A stretch of 64,000 bases of DNA from positions 374,001-438,000 of the forward strand of contig MU053933.1 of the NCBI GenBank assembly GCA_013239625.1, read 5' to 3'. This DNA comes from Lama guanicoe (Eukaryota). A program made the position numbers and the translations under genes. Under the pieces are notes generated by a model. That model did no database searches. It was not told the origin of the DNA and saw nothing but the letters and a program-made list of their open reading frames with translations. Shown in pieces: positions 36,460-49,769 of this stretch; position 1 is the first letter of the stretch; every line of letters begins with the position of its first letter.

Positions 36460-36885
36460 ACAGTCTGTGAGGGTTCTCCAGAGAAACATTACTGGTACCA
36501 CCAACCAACAGGGTGACTGTGTGTGTTTGAGAGAGAAATACTCGTTCTGAGCAACTATCTTACACAGTTATGGGTGCTGGCAAACCCCAAATCTGCAGGA
36601 TGAACTGGCAGACCAGGGACTCAGGAAAGAGCTGCAGTGTGAGTCCAAGTCAAAATTCTCTTCCTTGGGGCGGAGTCGGTCTGTTTCGTCTTCAACTGAT
36701 TGGATGAGACACGCCCCGCCCCTTCCCCAAATACAGAAGGCAAGCTGCTTTATTCAAAACTCTTCTGGGTAAATGTTAAGCTCATTTCTCAGAAATACCT
36801 TCTCAGAAACATCTAGAATAATGGTTGATGGAACATCTGGGTACCAGAGCCTCACCAAGCTGACGCATAAAATGGACCATCACGT
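36460..36885 (+). mobile_element. ERVL LTR (MLT2-like)
   Basis: agggttctccagagaaaca...ttcaactgattggatgag...ccaagctgacgcataaaatggaccatcac. Confidence 0.85.
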
Positions 36886-37364
36886 ATGACTCAGCTAGTT
36901 TTTAACTGAGTTTTCTTTTTAAAGACGAGTTAAGTTTTTGTAAGCTTCGCAATTAAAACGAACCAAGCGAGAATGAGAATAAACAAGCTACACCGTTGGA
37001 GATGATGACACGTTGGTTTCCAGACCTCGGACGTGATGACTCTGCAAGATGGATGCGGCGGCTGTAACGCTGTGTTATCAAGGAGCGTCATGTCTTCAGT
37101 CCCCTCCACGTTCGAGTCCAAATGACCGGGTGTGGACATTACTCATGCCTCTTCATTTTCTTTGTCTTTTTCCTTATTGTTTTTTCCCTGATGAGGATGA
37201 AAATACAATGGAATTAATGATAATTAACGATAACATGGTAGTTCCTAAGCCCTACGGTGGTCTAAGGGACCACATGTGCCAATGACGGGCCAGTGCACTG
37301 GACACATCTGTAACAGGCTGGATGCCTGATAGATCTGAGCAGGAACGTGCTAGGGGGCTGTTGA

Positions 37365-37510
37365 GTCATTCCTGGGTGTGGGGGCTGTCCTGTGCATTGT
37401 AGGAAGTTGAACAGCATCTCTGGTCCTGCACCCATGAGATGTCAGGAGCTACTCTTCCAGTTCTGACCACCAAAACATCTCCAGATGTTGCCCAATGTCC
37501 CCTGGCTGCA
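37365..37510. mobile_element. MER20 (hAT-Charlie) fragment
   Basis: ggggctgtcctgtgcattgtaggaagttgaacagcatc...accaaaacatctccagatgttgcccaatgtcccctgg. Confidence 0.85.
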
Positions 37511-38259
37511 GAGGGCCCCAGAGCATCAGGTGGGGACAACAGGAGCCAGGCTGCATGGTGGTGGGTGGGAGCAGGAGGAGCCTGGGGGTCACTGCAGGCT
37601 GAAGCTAGGAGGCCGCACAGACTGAGCACAGGGGAGACAATGACATTGGTGGAGGGCAGCAGCCGTGGCAAATGTGGATGAGAGCCCAGATGCAGCAGGG
37701 CATGCGGCTTTCATTCTGGGAGCCTGTATGTGGTTCCAGGGGCCTGTAGTGGTCCATTATGGGTCCAGCCCTGCCCTTCCCATCCAGAGCCTCAGGGTGG
37801 CCTTGCCACAGGGCCCCTGTGGCTTCACTGCCTCAGGAACTTGGTTAAGACCAGCCCAAATCCGGCTACCCCGAGGGCTCAGCGCCAGGCAGGTGAAGGT
37901 TCCAGGGATTCTAAATGCACCAACCCCGTGGTCTCCAGACTTCCCTCCCCACTCAAGAAAGCATGAGAATAAAGGGCTGAGAGCACTCCACTGGGCTGTC
38001 CCCAGCGTCCAGGGGAGGACTTCACTTACTCACAAGTGGTCCACCTGCCTGGGCACTGGGATCTTTATCCTGAGGAGCCTTCCCGGGATGACTACACGTG
38101 TCCTCTAGAGTCTCAGGGATGCTCTGGGAATCACAGAGGTGACATGAAGGAAAATGACTAGAAATGACAGATTGAAATGCCTCCCACGTGAGCCCCACCC
38201 CGCCACACATTAGCAAGTGGAATCAGAAAACACAGAGCTTCCATTTCTAAAAATAGGCT

Positions 38260-39130
38260 GAGCAGACAACAAAGAAGAGATATAGGTCCCAAATAAATGC
38301 ATGAAAAGATGCTCAACATCTTTAGTCATTAGAGAAATGAACAGTAAGGTGATGAGATACCACCTCACACCATTAGAATGGCTGAGATGAAAAACAGTGA
38401 CAGGATCAGCGTCAGCAGGATGCAGAGCAACTGGGACTCACACAGAGCTAGTGGGGATGTGGAGTGGTCCTGCCACCTTGGAAAACAATTTGGCACTTTC
38501 TTCTGCAGTTAAGCATTTGCTTTCCTCAGGGACCCATCCATGCCATTCCCAGGTGTTTACCCAAGGGAAAAGGAAACATCTAGCACCTTATCCTCTCACC
38601 TGGGGACAACCCAAATGACCATTAGCTGGCATTGGGTAAAGAAGCAGTGGCACATCATACAATGGAACACGACTGAGCAGTAAACAGTCACCAACCCCAG
38701 GACACGATGACCTCAAAAGCATTATGCTCATGAAAGAAGCCAGACAGTGAAAGCTACATCCTGTATGAGTCTATTTATATGACTTTCTGGAAAAGGCAAA
38801 AATATAGGCACATAACTCGGGGGTGCTGAGGGTGGGGGGATGTGAGGAAACTCTGGGGCGACGGGAAGGCTCTCTGCCTTGACCGTGGTGGTGGTAACGT
38901 GGCTGGCTGTGTTGTCAACACTTACGAGTGGCACGCTGGAAAAGGACGAATGTTTTTATTGAGATATAGTTGACATAGCACATCATATTAGTTTCAGGTG
39001 TAATAACTGACGTTTATCACCGTGTTGGTTTCAGGTAGATAACATAATATTGGATATATGCATATACTGCAAAATGAGTGAATTTTATCGTCTGTACAAT
39101 GTATCAATAAATTCATCCTGAAGAGAAAAA
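38260..39130 (+). mobile_element. Old L1M (ORF2 end + 3'UTR), interrupted by a short opposite-strand L1 tail at ~38950-39070
   Basis: catgaaaagatgctcaacatc...gagataccacctcacaccattagaatggct...gaaagaagccagaca... Confidence 0.8.
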
Positions 39131-39177
39131 CATGAAGAATACAAAGCAAGCTCTCCTTCCAAAGGTGTGAAGACTTG

Positions 39178-39523
39178 TGAAGCCAGAAAAAGAAAGAAAA
39201 ATACCATATGATATCATTTCTACATGGAATCTTAAAAAATGACACAGTTGAGCTTATTTATAAAACAGAAACAGACTGACAGATATAGAAACAAACTTAC
39301 GGTTACCGGGGAGGGAGAAGGTGGGGTATCTGCAGATGCTAACTGCTATGTATAAAATACACACTGTATAGCACAGGGACTGATATTCAATGCCTTGTAA
39401 TAGCTTATAATGAAAAAGAATATGAAAGGGAACATACATATGTATATGTATAACTGAACCACCATTCTGTACACCAGAAACTAATACAACATTGCAAACC
39501 GACTATACTCCAATAAAAAAAAG
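39178..39523 (+). mobile_element. Lineage-specific L1 3'UTR with poly-A
   Basis: Closely similar to 27280-27660 (gaaaaataccatatgatatca...tataatgaaaaagaatatgaaa...gactatact). Confidence 0.9.
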
Positions 39524-39603
39524 GAGTTGGTGAATGTAATGTTAAAAAAAGGATGTCAAGACTCACGGTCGCACGGTCCTGATCCTTCTGAAATCTTGCT
39601 ATT

Positions 39604-40068
39604 GAAAGGGAGCGCGCTTTGCCACCCCAAAATTCGCCACTGCCTTGTGAGGCTTATTTTGAGCTAAACTCAACAAACCCCCAGCAGATTCAGGAAAAGT
39701 TCTGTCCCCCCACCTCAACTACTTCCCCTGGAGGGGGACCTGCAGGAAGAGAGCTCTCGCCAGGGACACCTTTCTGTCTGGGAAAGTTACCTGTGTAACA
39801 GGGCAACCTTTGTTTTCCAAACCTCTCTGCTTTCCCGGGAAGGGTGCTCCTCCCTGGAGCCCCCAGACCCTCCCCCTTTCCTCAGCTCAGATGCTGTGTC
39901 GGCTTCAGTTACCTCGCTGCCTTTGGAGCCTTCTACCTTTTGGGGGCTCTCCTATGTAAGTCATTTTATTTACTTGTTTCTCCCATGAATCCGTTTTATA
40001 TGGATTTAATGATCAGACCAGCCAGAGAACCTAGAAGGGCAGGAGGGAGGACTTCCTTGTCCTGCACG
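39604..40068 (+). mobile_element. ERV1 solo LTR (MER34-like)
   Basis: tgaaaggg...tgccaccccaaaat...ttattttgagcta...agaacctagaagggcagg... Confidence 0.7.
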
Positions 40069-40689
40069 ATGCTCCCCTGAGAAGCCCCACGAAGGACAAA
40101 GTTCGGAGCAATCCTTCCTGAATCTTTCCGTTTCTGTGTTTTGGGTTTGGGGCGTGAGTCACCTGACCTGTGTAAACATAAGAGGCGGGAAAGCTTGCTG
40201 GGCCCGGGCTGGCTTCTGTCATACAAGGATCTGCTGAACCTTCAGTCGAGACACTTAATTTTTCCATAAACAGGGATGTTAGGAAACAATATTTCTGGCG
40301 ATCATTGCTTGTGGAGACCCATTCTCTCTAGATACTTCTATATGCAGAAATGTGAAAGATGAGATCTGTTGCTCATTTTGGTGACTATTTTGGAAGTGAA
40401 GGGTCAAAACGTTCACCAATGCTATGATGTTTATATACCTTGAACTATTAGTTGGAAGAATGACATCCATTAGGAACCTACATTCAACCCTGAGCCTCAG
40501 AATGGGGGAAAAGCCAGATGGGTGTGATGGGGCGGGGCTGGGCCCTTCTTCCTTGGGAGAAGAATGGTCCATCCCTTGGGTCCCTGGCACAGCTTGGGAG
40601 AGGACAGGGCACTGGGCTCTGAAGGCCAGTCTGGGAGCCTTGAGCCCATCCTGGGTGGAGCTAAGGTTGTGAGCTTTTTTTACTTTGCT

Positions 40690-40915
40690 TTTCTTTTGTT
40701 TTCCTTTTTTTCTTTTTAATTGACATGCAATCAGTTTACAATGTTGTGTCATTTTCTGGTGTACAGCATAATGCTTCAGCTATATACATACATACATAAA
40801 TTCATTTTCATATTCTTTTTCACCATAAGTTACTACAAGATATTTAATATAGCTCACTGTGCTCTACAAGAGGAACTTGTTTATCTGTTTTATATAAAGT
40901 AGTTAGTATCTGCAT
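40690..40915 (-). mobile_element. Lineage-specific L1 3' end, minus strand
   Basis: T-tract then cagtttacaatgttgtgtcattttctggtgtacagcat, the reverse complement of the tails at 19.9/27.6/39.5 kb. Confidence 0.88.
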
Positions 40916-40919
40916 ACTT

Positions 40920-41590
40920 TTTTTCATTTTAAAGACTTTACTTTTCTAGGACGGTTTTAGGTTCACAGCAATACTGAGAGGCGTCCCACACATCCTCTGT
41001 CCCAACACAGGCACAGCCTCCCCCGCTGCTGACACCCCACCCGAGGGTGCACTTCTCACAGTCGATGAGCCTGCACTGACATGTCACTATCATCCGAAGT
41101 TTGTACTAGAGCCGTCAGGGCCGAATGTCCCACGGGTCAGAACGGTTGTGTGACGACCTGTGCCCTCCCTTGCACTGTCACACTGAGTAGTGTCCCTGCC
41201 CTGAAGTCCCTCTGACCTCCACCTGCTTGTCCCTCTCTCCTCCCCAGCCCCTGGCAACCACTGATTCTCTACCTGTCTCCCTAGTTTTGCCTCTATTTCC
41301 CTTCTAAGAGAGTGTTTTAGATGGAAATCAATTGAAATTTACAGAAAAGCTGCAAGTACAGGAAGAGCACAGAGAAGGCCCACAGACCTTTGACCCTGTC
41401 AACCTGTCGTCAGGTGCGCTCCACCTGCTGGCGGCTGGGTCCCCCTTGACATATATGCTCAGATGTGGAGCTGAATCATTTGAGACCAAGTTACACACAT
41501 CATGAGCCTGACTCCAAAGTGCTTCAGTGTGCGTTTTCCCCAAATCAGAATATGCTGTCACACAAACACCAAGTCAGATTCTTGGTGAGA
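40920..41590 (-). mobile_element. Old L1MC/L1ME 3' fragments
   Basis: gttttaggttcacagcaa...cccagcccctggcaaccactgat...aaatttacagaaaagctgcaa. Confidence 0.7.
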
Positions 41591-41987
41591 GATCATGAAA
41601 ATTTCCTACTCCACCGGAGAACATACCCTCTCCTTCTCCAGTCTGCCTTTCTTCCAGAAACCTTGCCCTGTCCCCTCCTACCTTTTCTGCTTGAGATCTC
41701 TGTTCTGTACCTCTGGCCTCTCACTATCAGATTGTCCAGCCTCAACCTGTAGCCCCACAGAACTGCCCTGTACTGTTGTACAGTCTGTGCACTGCACAAA
41801 GGGGCCGGCTTCACTCGGCTCGTGGGCTGGATGCCCATGGAGCTGCATCTGCCCAGGAGGGTGACTTTCTTTAATCCACACAAAGATATCATGTAGGCCA
41901 GGAATGGTGGGTAAACAAAAGTGTTCTAGAAGGTAGGAGTGATCTACAGGGTCCAATGTTGCATGAAGAGTCAAGAAAGAGGCTGAC

Positions 41988-42641
41988 TGGAAAACAGCTT
42001 GGAGGTTTCTCAAAAAACTAAAAATAGAACTAGAATATGAGTCAGCAGTCCCACTCCTGGGTGTACACCTAAAAAAAGCAAAAACACAAATTCAAAAAGA
42101 TACATGCACACCAATGTTTATAGCAGCATTATTTACAGTTGCCAGAATATGGAAGCAAACTAAGTGTCCATCAACAGATGAATGGATAAAGAAGTTGTGA
42201 TTACACACACACACACACACATGGTATATACATATACATATATATACATATATAATAAAAGACTACTCATCCATGAAAAAGAATGAAAATTTGCCATTTG
42301 CAGCAACATGGATGGACCTGGAGGGTGTTATGCTAAGTGAAATAAGTCAGGCAGAGAAAGACAAAAATGCATGTCGTCACTTATATGTGGAATGTAAAGA
42401 ATACAGCAAACTACTGAATATAACAAAAAAGAAGCAGGCCCACAGATACAGAGAACAAACTAGTGGTTACCAGTGGGGAGGGGGCAAGGGGAGGGGGGGT
42501 AGTGGGTGGGACAAACTACTGGGTGTAAGACAGGCTCGAGGATATGTTGTACAACATGGGGAATATAGCCAATATTTTGTGATAACTGTAACTGGAAAAT
42601 AATCTTTAAAAATTGTATATAATTTTTTAATTAAAAAAAAA
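41988..42641 (+). mobile_element. 5'-truncated L1 with poly-A and target-site duplication
   Basis: ORF2 end (NLPFAATWMDLEGVMLSEISQ), A tail; flanks AAGAAAGAGGCTGACTG (41973-41989) and AAGGATAGAGGTTGACTG (42640-42657). Confidence 0.93.
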
Positions 42642-42770
42642 GGATAGAGGTTGACTGAGAATTGAGCTCTGCGTTGAGCAACAGGGTCATCACTGATGAC
42701 CTTGAGATTTGCTTGGGGGTGTGTGGTGGAGGTGACAGCCTGATTAAAGTTGGCTCAAGATGCCAGGAAA

Positions 42771-42854
42771 GGGGTGTGGGTATAGCTCAGTGGTAGAGCG
42801 TGTGCTGCGCGAGGTCCTGGGTTCAATCCCCAGTACCTCCATTAAAAAAAAAAA
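42771..42854 (+). mobile_element. tRNA-derived camelid SINE (vic-1-like), short form
   Basis: gggtatagctcagtggtagagc (A box) ... gggttcaatccc (B box) agtacctcc + A tail. Confidence 0.88.
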
Positions 42855-42885
42855 GAGTGCAGAGAGAGGAATTAGGGCAGCAAGA

Positions 42886-42935
42886 GTGTGTATGTGTGTG
42901 AGTGCATGTGTGAGAGTGTGTGTTTGTGTGTGTGT
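42886..42935. repeat. Imperfect (TG)n microsatellite
   Basis: Directly visible. Confidence 0.85.
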
Positions 42936-44107
42936 GCTGGGCAGGGCTGGGAATAGAGGAAGCCGCATGGTATCCAGACAGTACGTGAAGGTCAACGATT
43001 TTGTGGTTTTACATATGGGAAAGAGTCGAACTGTTGGGTGATAATTTTTAAATGAAACAATACACTTTTTAAAGAGAAAGCACGTAGGCCTGTGGGCAAC
43101 TCATGTGAGCTCTCACTGCTGTAACCAGCCTGGCAGAACTGTCTGCGGCTTCCTCCTTGCTCACAAGCCACATCTCCCGCCTTCAACACCCCTCTCTGCT
43201 CCTTCACAGCGGGTGGGGTGGGCAGTCTCCCTTCGCCCGCAGCCAGGGAGATGGCTTTTAGCTTTGAAGAGAGAAGTCGTTGTTCTTCCAGGGCTGGCCG
43301 AGGCATGGGTTGAGGGAGGCAGAGAACCCAGAACCGGCGGAAGAGGGTGGACAGGCAGGCTGACGGGCAGGCTGAGATGCCGAATGCCAGGAGTGATTGC
43401 TGGTCCTGGTCTGAGGACAGAGCAGAGTCTCCTGGGAAGACTGAGATGCGGGGCGCGGGAGGCAGTGGCGCCTCCTCATTGGATGTCAGTTAAGGGTCCA
43501 AAGATGTTGAGCAAGCGCGGAAAGTACAGGCTCCTGGACTTCCTCCCTGTCTCCACCCAACCCTCACCCCGTCAGTTACGGGGAGTTCGGGGCGACCACA
43601 AACTCTGAACACATGGACGGCGGCATCTCCGGCTCCCCGATGTTGGAGGTGTCCCTGATGACACTCTCAGTGCTCCACCTCTGTTTCCAGATGTGAAGCA
43701 CGCCCGCCCTGTGGACCAGGCTGTGCGATGCACCACAACAGGGGTTCTTTCTGTCTCTTTCACCATTAAACATCTTTTACCATGTTAACTGTGCAGGCTT
43801 AAAAAACATCCTTTTTCATATAATAACTGTCTGAGCTCAGAGGAGCCAACAGTGTTACTCATTGTCACCGAAACCCAGATGGTATTTTTATTCTGAGCTC
43901 AAATTGGCTTCTGCGTCTCATTCCAGGCCCTGTAAGCGCCTTAAAACGTCCGTTTATCGGGTCATGCTGTTCTTTAGTCAACCAGAAAGTGCAGGACACA
44001 GGTACCACTCAGTCTCTTTCAAACTAAGATAAAGGGAGATTCTTTTAAAAGCATGTATAAATGTATATCTTAAGAAGAGGAAGGAAAGGAGCTTGCTTCT
44101 CACGCAG

Positions 44108-44230
44108 GCTTCCCTGGGTACCCACAGGGAACTGGTTCCAGGGCCCTCCTCCGACACCAGCCCCGCGGTGCCCAAGTCCCGGTGGCTGGCCCCGGAGCCT
44201 GGGCCTGCACCCGCGGACGGAGGGCCGGCC
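44108..44230 (+). mobile_element. Internally deleted MER2-like DNA transposon remnant
   Basis: ggtacccacagggaactggttccaggg...cccaagtccc joined to cccgcggacggagggccgg resembles both MER2 ends. Confidence 0.5.
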
Positions 44231-45439
44231 CCGTGTCCCTCACAGCTCGCGCTGAATAAGGAGCAGTTTGCAGATGGCTGAGGAGGACGGAAGCTGAGCT
44301 GTGCCTGGCAGCACGCAGGCTGGAGCGCGTGTCTTGGCTCCCCCGCGGGCGGGGCGGAGACGGGGGTTGTGAGGAGAGTCAGCGCGTTTGGACTCCTGGA
44401 CTAGAAGGGCGCCGTCACACCCGGCAAGGCTGGTTTGCAAATCAGTTCCTCTTGGTTCCCAAGAAAAAGCCGTAGGACTTTGGAGATGGACAGGAGCCTG
44501 GAGGTCTCCTAACTCCACCCGCGCGCCTTTTAGATGCGGAGCACAGTGCACCCAGCCCAGGGCAGCGCCAGAACCAGAACTCAGACCTCGGCCCCAGGGT
44601 TCTTTCTCCGAGGGTGGAAAGGCGGCAGAGGGTCTCTGCCTGTCGCCAGCCTTCCGGGAAAAGTCCTCTTCCATCCACAATGAAACGTGGATGACAGGTT
44701 AAAGCAGGGAGACTCGTGGGAAGGTGGACTCGATGGAGGAGGCCACAGGCCGGGCTCCAGGAGTGGGCTCGCTTGGTCCTGCACTTGGCTCTTCCTTCCC
44801 CAGCTCTGGACGTCTCATAGACACTGGTGCTGGGACCCTGCGGCCCCAAGTTCACAGCGTGGCGCATTCTCCCTCACCCTCCAGTACAGCTTCCGCCCAC
44901 TTACTTCCCGGCATTTGCAGCGCATGGAACAGAAGCGTGAGTCTGTCGTCCACCTTTGATGTCAGTTCCCCAGAGCCCGCACAGGTGAGTGATGTCCCTA
45001 CTCCTGCAGACTTAGCGTCCACCTACAGGGCTGGCTTTTGCACTCACGTTGTAGCCGACCCAGAGCTGGGCTGACCTGAGAGTCTTCAGTGGACTCAAGA
45101 CACTCAGGATTAGTAGCGAACTTCTTTCAGGATAAATGGTCCAAATGGGAGCTCCTGCACTTACAGGGGAAAATGATAGGTTCCCTAAAACTGGTCCACT
45201 TGTTTTTCCAGAAATGCCAAATGGCTGGTAGTGGGACAGAGTCACCTCTCGAGTCACTGAAGCTCCGTTTAGTACAACTTCCAGGAACCAGACATCTGAG
45301 GCAGATGCTAATGTACCTCTGCTCTGGGGGAACACAGATAAGCAGGAGAAATGCTCTGCAGAAATACTGATGTGTAGTTTTATTAAATCATTAGCAGCAT
45401 TGAAATAGACCATACTGACAGTAGTCATGCTTTGAAGGG

Positions 45440-45815
45440 TGTTATGGGCTGAATCGTGTCCCCTGAAAAATCAGATTTTGCATGTCCTAACCCGCAGTAC
45501 CTTAGAACGTAACCCTATTGGAGATGAGGTCTTTAAGGAGGTGATTACATTGAAACGAGCTCATCAGTGTGGGCCCTAGTTCAGTCTGTCTGGTGTCCTT
45601 ATAAGAAGAGGAGATTAGGACATAGGGGGATGACGTCATGAGGACACGGGGAGAAGATGACCATCTACAAGCCAAGGAGAGGCCTCAGAGGATCAGCCCT
45701 GCTGGCACCTTGATCTGGGATTTCCAACCTCCAGAATCACAAAGAGAATAAACTTCTCTTGTTTGAGCCACTTGATCTGCAGTGTTTTGCAATGGCAGCC
45801 TGAGCTGACTAACGG
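45440..45815 (+). mobile_element. MaLR LTR (MLT1B-like)
   Basis: tgttatgggctgaatcgtgtccc...ctggtgtccttataagaagaggagattaggac...catctacaagccaaggagaggcctcag. Confidence 0.9.
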
Positions 45816-46199
45816 GGTCGGGGAGGACAGTCAGAAGAGCGTTTGGCTTCAATTAAGAGTCCTACGAATGCTGCAGGCTCCAAGCCCCGGGTTACCTGCA
45901 CAGAGTAACTGCTGATAAACACCTGATCACCACTGATTGGTCAACAGATGGGGTCACGGATGCAGAAATTGCATCAATGCAAAAAAACCCAAAAAAACAA
46001 AAACGAAAGATGAGTTAAACCTTGCCCCACATCTCCTCATCTGCTCGTGCTTTTATCAACCTCCTCATACACCTGGGAACCTGTGCCATCACCAACTACA
46101 ACTTTGATCCTCTTCACATGTTAACTATGGACACACAGGAGGAGACCGGCGGTGACCGTCACCTTTACATCTTTCCGACAGGGTAATGAGCACCCGTCA

Positions 46200-46700
46200 G
46201 AGGTTTCTGGTACCCTCCCCAACATCTGCCCTTCTCTTCCTTCTGAATAACAGAACACCAATTTTATTTGAGCTAGCAGTGTGCCCAGCTAAAGGACTGC
46301 CTTTCCCAGCCTCTTGGTCCTCATGTGGTGTTCTGCCAAAGAGCTGTCCATGGAAGTGTGGGAATTCTCATAAATCTCCTTCAAAGGGAGGAGGCACTTC
46401 TTGCAAATCCCCCTGCTTCTTTCTTTCCACTGCCTGGAATGTAGTTGCCATGGCTGGAGGTCCAGCAGCCATCTTGTGCCATGAGTTGACTCTGAGACTA
46501 GAAACCACATGTGGTAGAACAGAAAAACAGAAGCAGCATGGGGGTCGGGTGACTTCATGAAGCCACCATATCTGCCCTGGAATATTTGCTTTCAGATTTC
46601 TTTTCTGTGTGAGAACTAAAGCCTTCTGCATTTAAGCCACTTAAGCCACTATTGCATTTAAGTCAGATTTTGCCATAGTCAGCTGAACTGAATCCTAATA
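46200..46700 (+). mobile_element. Old MaLR LTR (MLT1F-J group)
   Basis: gtgcccagctaaaggactgcctttcccagcctc...cagcagccatcttgtgccatgag...cagctgaactgaatcctaa. Confidence 0.7.
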
Positions 46701-49700
46701 TTTTCCATGGATCAAGATCAAATGAAGACTCCTTGCAACAAAGACGTTTAAAAAGTGCATGAGCATACGTTTGATGACTAGAAATTCTGCCTCTTTTCTG
46801 CTGCCTGGGGTGGGGGTGCTGAGGACTGTTGCGTTAAATGGGGCTGGTGAACTCAGGAAAATGGGGTGTCTTTCAGGTCCCCACATTTACCACTTTGCCT
46901 TCTCTCCGTCCACGATGGAAATGGAAGCCCCGGGGAAATGCCTGCATCAGCAACCCCAAAGCCGCATTTGCCCCACAGAGGAAGCCCCTTGAAACCCAGG
47001 CCGCCACACACGAGGCAGTGAGGACAGAGAGCTGCTGCTGGCAAAGTCATGAGTAGCTTTTTCCTTTCTTTTGTTTTCTTTTCTTGGCTTTCACTCGATC
47101 TTAATCCCTATTAGCATTTCCATGTGTTTCCTCCGTAAAATGAGTGACTTTGGAAGTCGGTTGGAGCTTTGCAGATTGGAAAAATAAGTGGGGTGAAGGA
47201 AGGGTGAGAACTGGGTCAGACCAGCCCAGGGAGTGGCCTCGGTTCTGGGCCCTCAGCGCCCACTGCCTGTCCCCAGGCCGGTGCAAGCCGGGGTGGGGGT
47301 GGGGGTGTAGGAGGGACCCCAGAGGGTGCCGGAGGGTCAGCACAGAGGACCAAGTTCCCTTTGGCCACAGTGCAGGGGCTCACCACAGGCAAAAATGAGA
47401 CTCTGGCGCAGCTAGGAGGAGAGTACGACTGGATCACAAATTCGGGCAGGGCCAGAGCAACGAGCTCAGTGGGCACTCAGTAACTTCTGCCAGGGGACGA
47501 AAGGCACCCGTGGTTGAACTGGAGGACCTGCTTCAGAACAGCTCCCCGAGCAGGTGTGTGGGCTTTGCGCTCAGAGGCGCTCTGAGGGGCTGGTTAGGAC
47601 TCTCACAGAGGCGCTGGGGGCCTGGGGCTGAGTTAGCCAGAGGGAGAGCTAGCCATGATCCAGGGAGGAGGGTTTAAAAGGCCTGTGCCTTGGAGGTAGT
47701 CCCTGGCCTTGGGCTTTCTTTTGGGAAGGGTCCTTGTGCAGCTGAGGCTCAACCCTGGGGGGGCTGCCCCCCTGGGGCTGTTCCACCCAGCCCATGATGA
47801 GTAGATCCCACAGCATGCCAAGCGCTGATCCAGGCGAGAAGCTCTCTGGCTGTCGGGTGATTGCAGGACTGGCCTAACCTGATAGGCAGGTGCTGTGCCC
47901 TCACGGGAGTGGCTCACCTTGAACCTGTCCCTCTAGAGGGCTGCTGGGGTGGAACCACCCTCACCCAGCCTCACCCAGTTTTGTCCTTGCTCCTGGGTGC
48001 TGACCCACCCTGCTGGGCCTTTGGTTCAAAGCTCATTTTAAAACATGGAGTCCCATGAATGACCAGATGTCACTGTTTGCTGACTAAAAATTCGTTAAAT
48101 TTGTGCACAGCCGGTGGCTGGCCCGCCTGGCAGACTCTCAAATGTGGATGAAGCCCAGAAGCTCCCCTGCCCCACGGAAGGGGGCCCCTGGCAGCAGTGT
48201 TCAGCCTCATTTTGGCAGTGATTAGATTCACCCAGGGTCTTTCCAAAAGCCTGATGCCCGAGCCACATCCCAGACCAGTCTTCAAGGTGGGCTGAAGTGG
48301 CCCCGTGCACAGCTGGGGAAGGCGGGCACTGGGGCAGCTGCCCTGCCATCAGCTCGCAGAGCGCTCCCCTTGGGGGCCGGGGTCTGCAGCCAGGAGACCT
48401 GGGCGGGGGGGGGGTCACGTGTGCAAGCTCAGGCGAGTCCTTGTCCTCACCTCTACCCGGGGTGGCAGGAGCTTCCTGTGAAGACCAGGTGTGAGGACAG
48501 CTGGGCACACCTGCCAAGAGAGGCACGGCCGCTGCTTCTGTTGTCACCCGACCTCACTTCCAGGTGAAAAGCAGACACCGTCGGAGAGCGAGTCTCCCCT
48601 CCGCCCACAGACTCGAGGTTCCCGAGGCCCTGCGGGCTCCCGCCGCACTGCATGTTCTCCTCTAGGAGCCGCCCGCGGCCTCCCGCAGGCCGGGGCCTCC
48701 GCAGCACGCACCGGCAGCGCTCTCCTTCCCGGCCTTTCCTCCCCCGCCGACACTTCACCTCTCCTGAACTTTCTGGCCTTCCTTCAGTCCGTGCTTCCCC
48801 CAGTCTGTCCAGGTGACGTTGCTGGCTCCTTTCAATTGCCCCTGTTTCTTCGCCACTTCCTTCCACGGTGCTCTCTCGTCGCCTTTCTCCCCCCAGGTCT
48901 AAGCCTCTGGCTAATTTGACTTTGGTCTCCCCGTATGTTTCCGTCTGTGGGGCCCAAATACCCACCACGTGGTTGTGCCCTGTTTGGGTCAGTTCAGCAA
49001 ACGGTCCTCAGGACCCATTGCCCACGGTCCCTTCCTTTCTCTGTGACCTGAGGGGGACCTTTGGGGCCCAGACACCCGAGTCAGCACCGCACGTGTGTGT
49101 GCACGTGTGTGCTGGGGTCTGATGCGCACGCGGCGATCTGCTTTTCCACTTTCCCCTGCCAGTTTCATTCCTGGGGGCCACAGTTTTCAGTAAGAGTCCC
49201 GTTGATTTCCCAGCAAGGACAGAAGTGACGCGTGGATTTTGGTGGGATTTGGTCCAAGTGAAGAAAGCACAGGTGAGAAGCTCACATTACTCTGCAGGGA
49301 AAGGCTTTGCTCCGAGAACTGTGTAACGACAGCGTTCGGGTGCGGGCAGCACCCCGTCTCACGATGTTCCGGCCGGGGCTATGGAAACTGATTTTTGAGT
49401 TTACAGCCACTAGCACCTAAGAACGGCCGAGTCCCAGCGTGCGATGCGACAGGAGCCTAAGAACCGCGGTTTAGGTGAGCGGGCCTGCTCCTGTGGGGCC
49501 AGCACCACAGCCGTCCTCCCCCAGCCTCCTGCAGGCCCCCGGGCTGTGGCTGGCGGCAAGTGGGCTGGATGGACTCGCTCCAGGGCCTCAGGGTTCACGG
49601 TGAGGCCCCCCAGGAAGAGTGGAGCGGCTGAAAACCCTTACACAGGGTTTGATCTGAGGACAGAGAAGGGGGCACCAACGATGCCAGCCCAGACAGGTTC

Positions 49701-49769
49701 TGGGTGGGGCGATGGTCCCTTCCCCGCTGCAAACACACACAAGTCTTTTATGAGAAAGAACTTGAGAAA

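Noticed and set aside
42771..42854. Possible tRNA gene (also at 22478, 49934 and 56880)
   Set aside because: A and B boxes are present, but A-rich tails, TSDs and degenerate stems identify SINEs.
49081..49113. Imperfect palindrome with two CACGTG E-boxes
   Set aside because: Readily explained by a degenerate (GT/CA) microsatellite; no other support.
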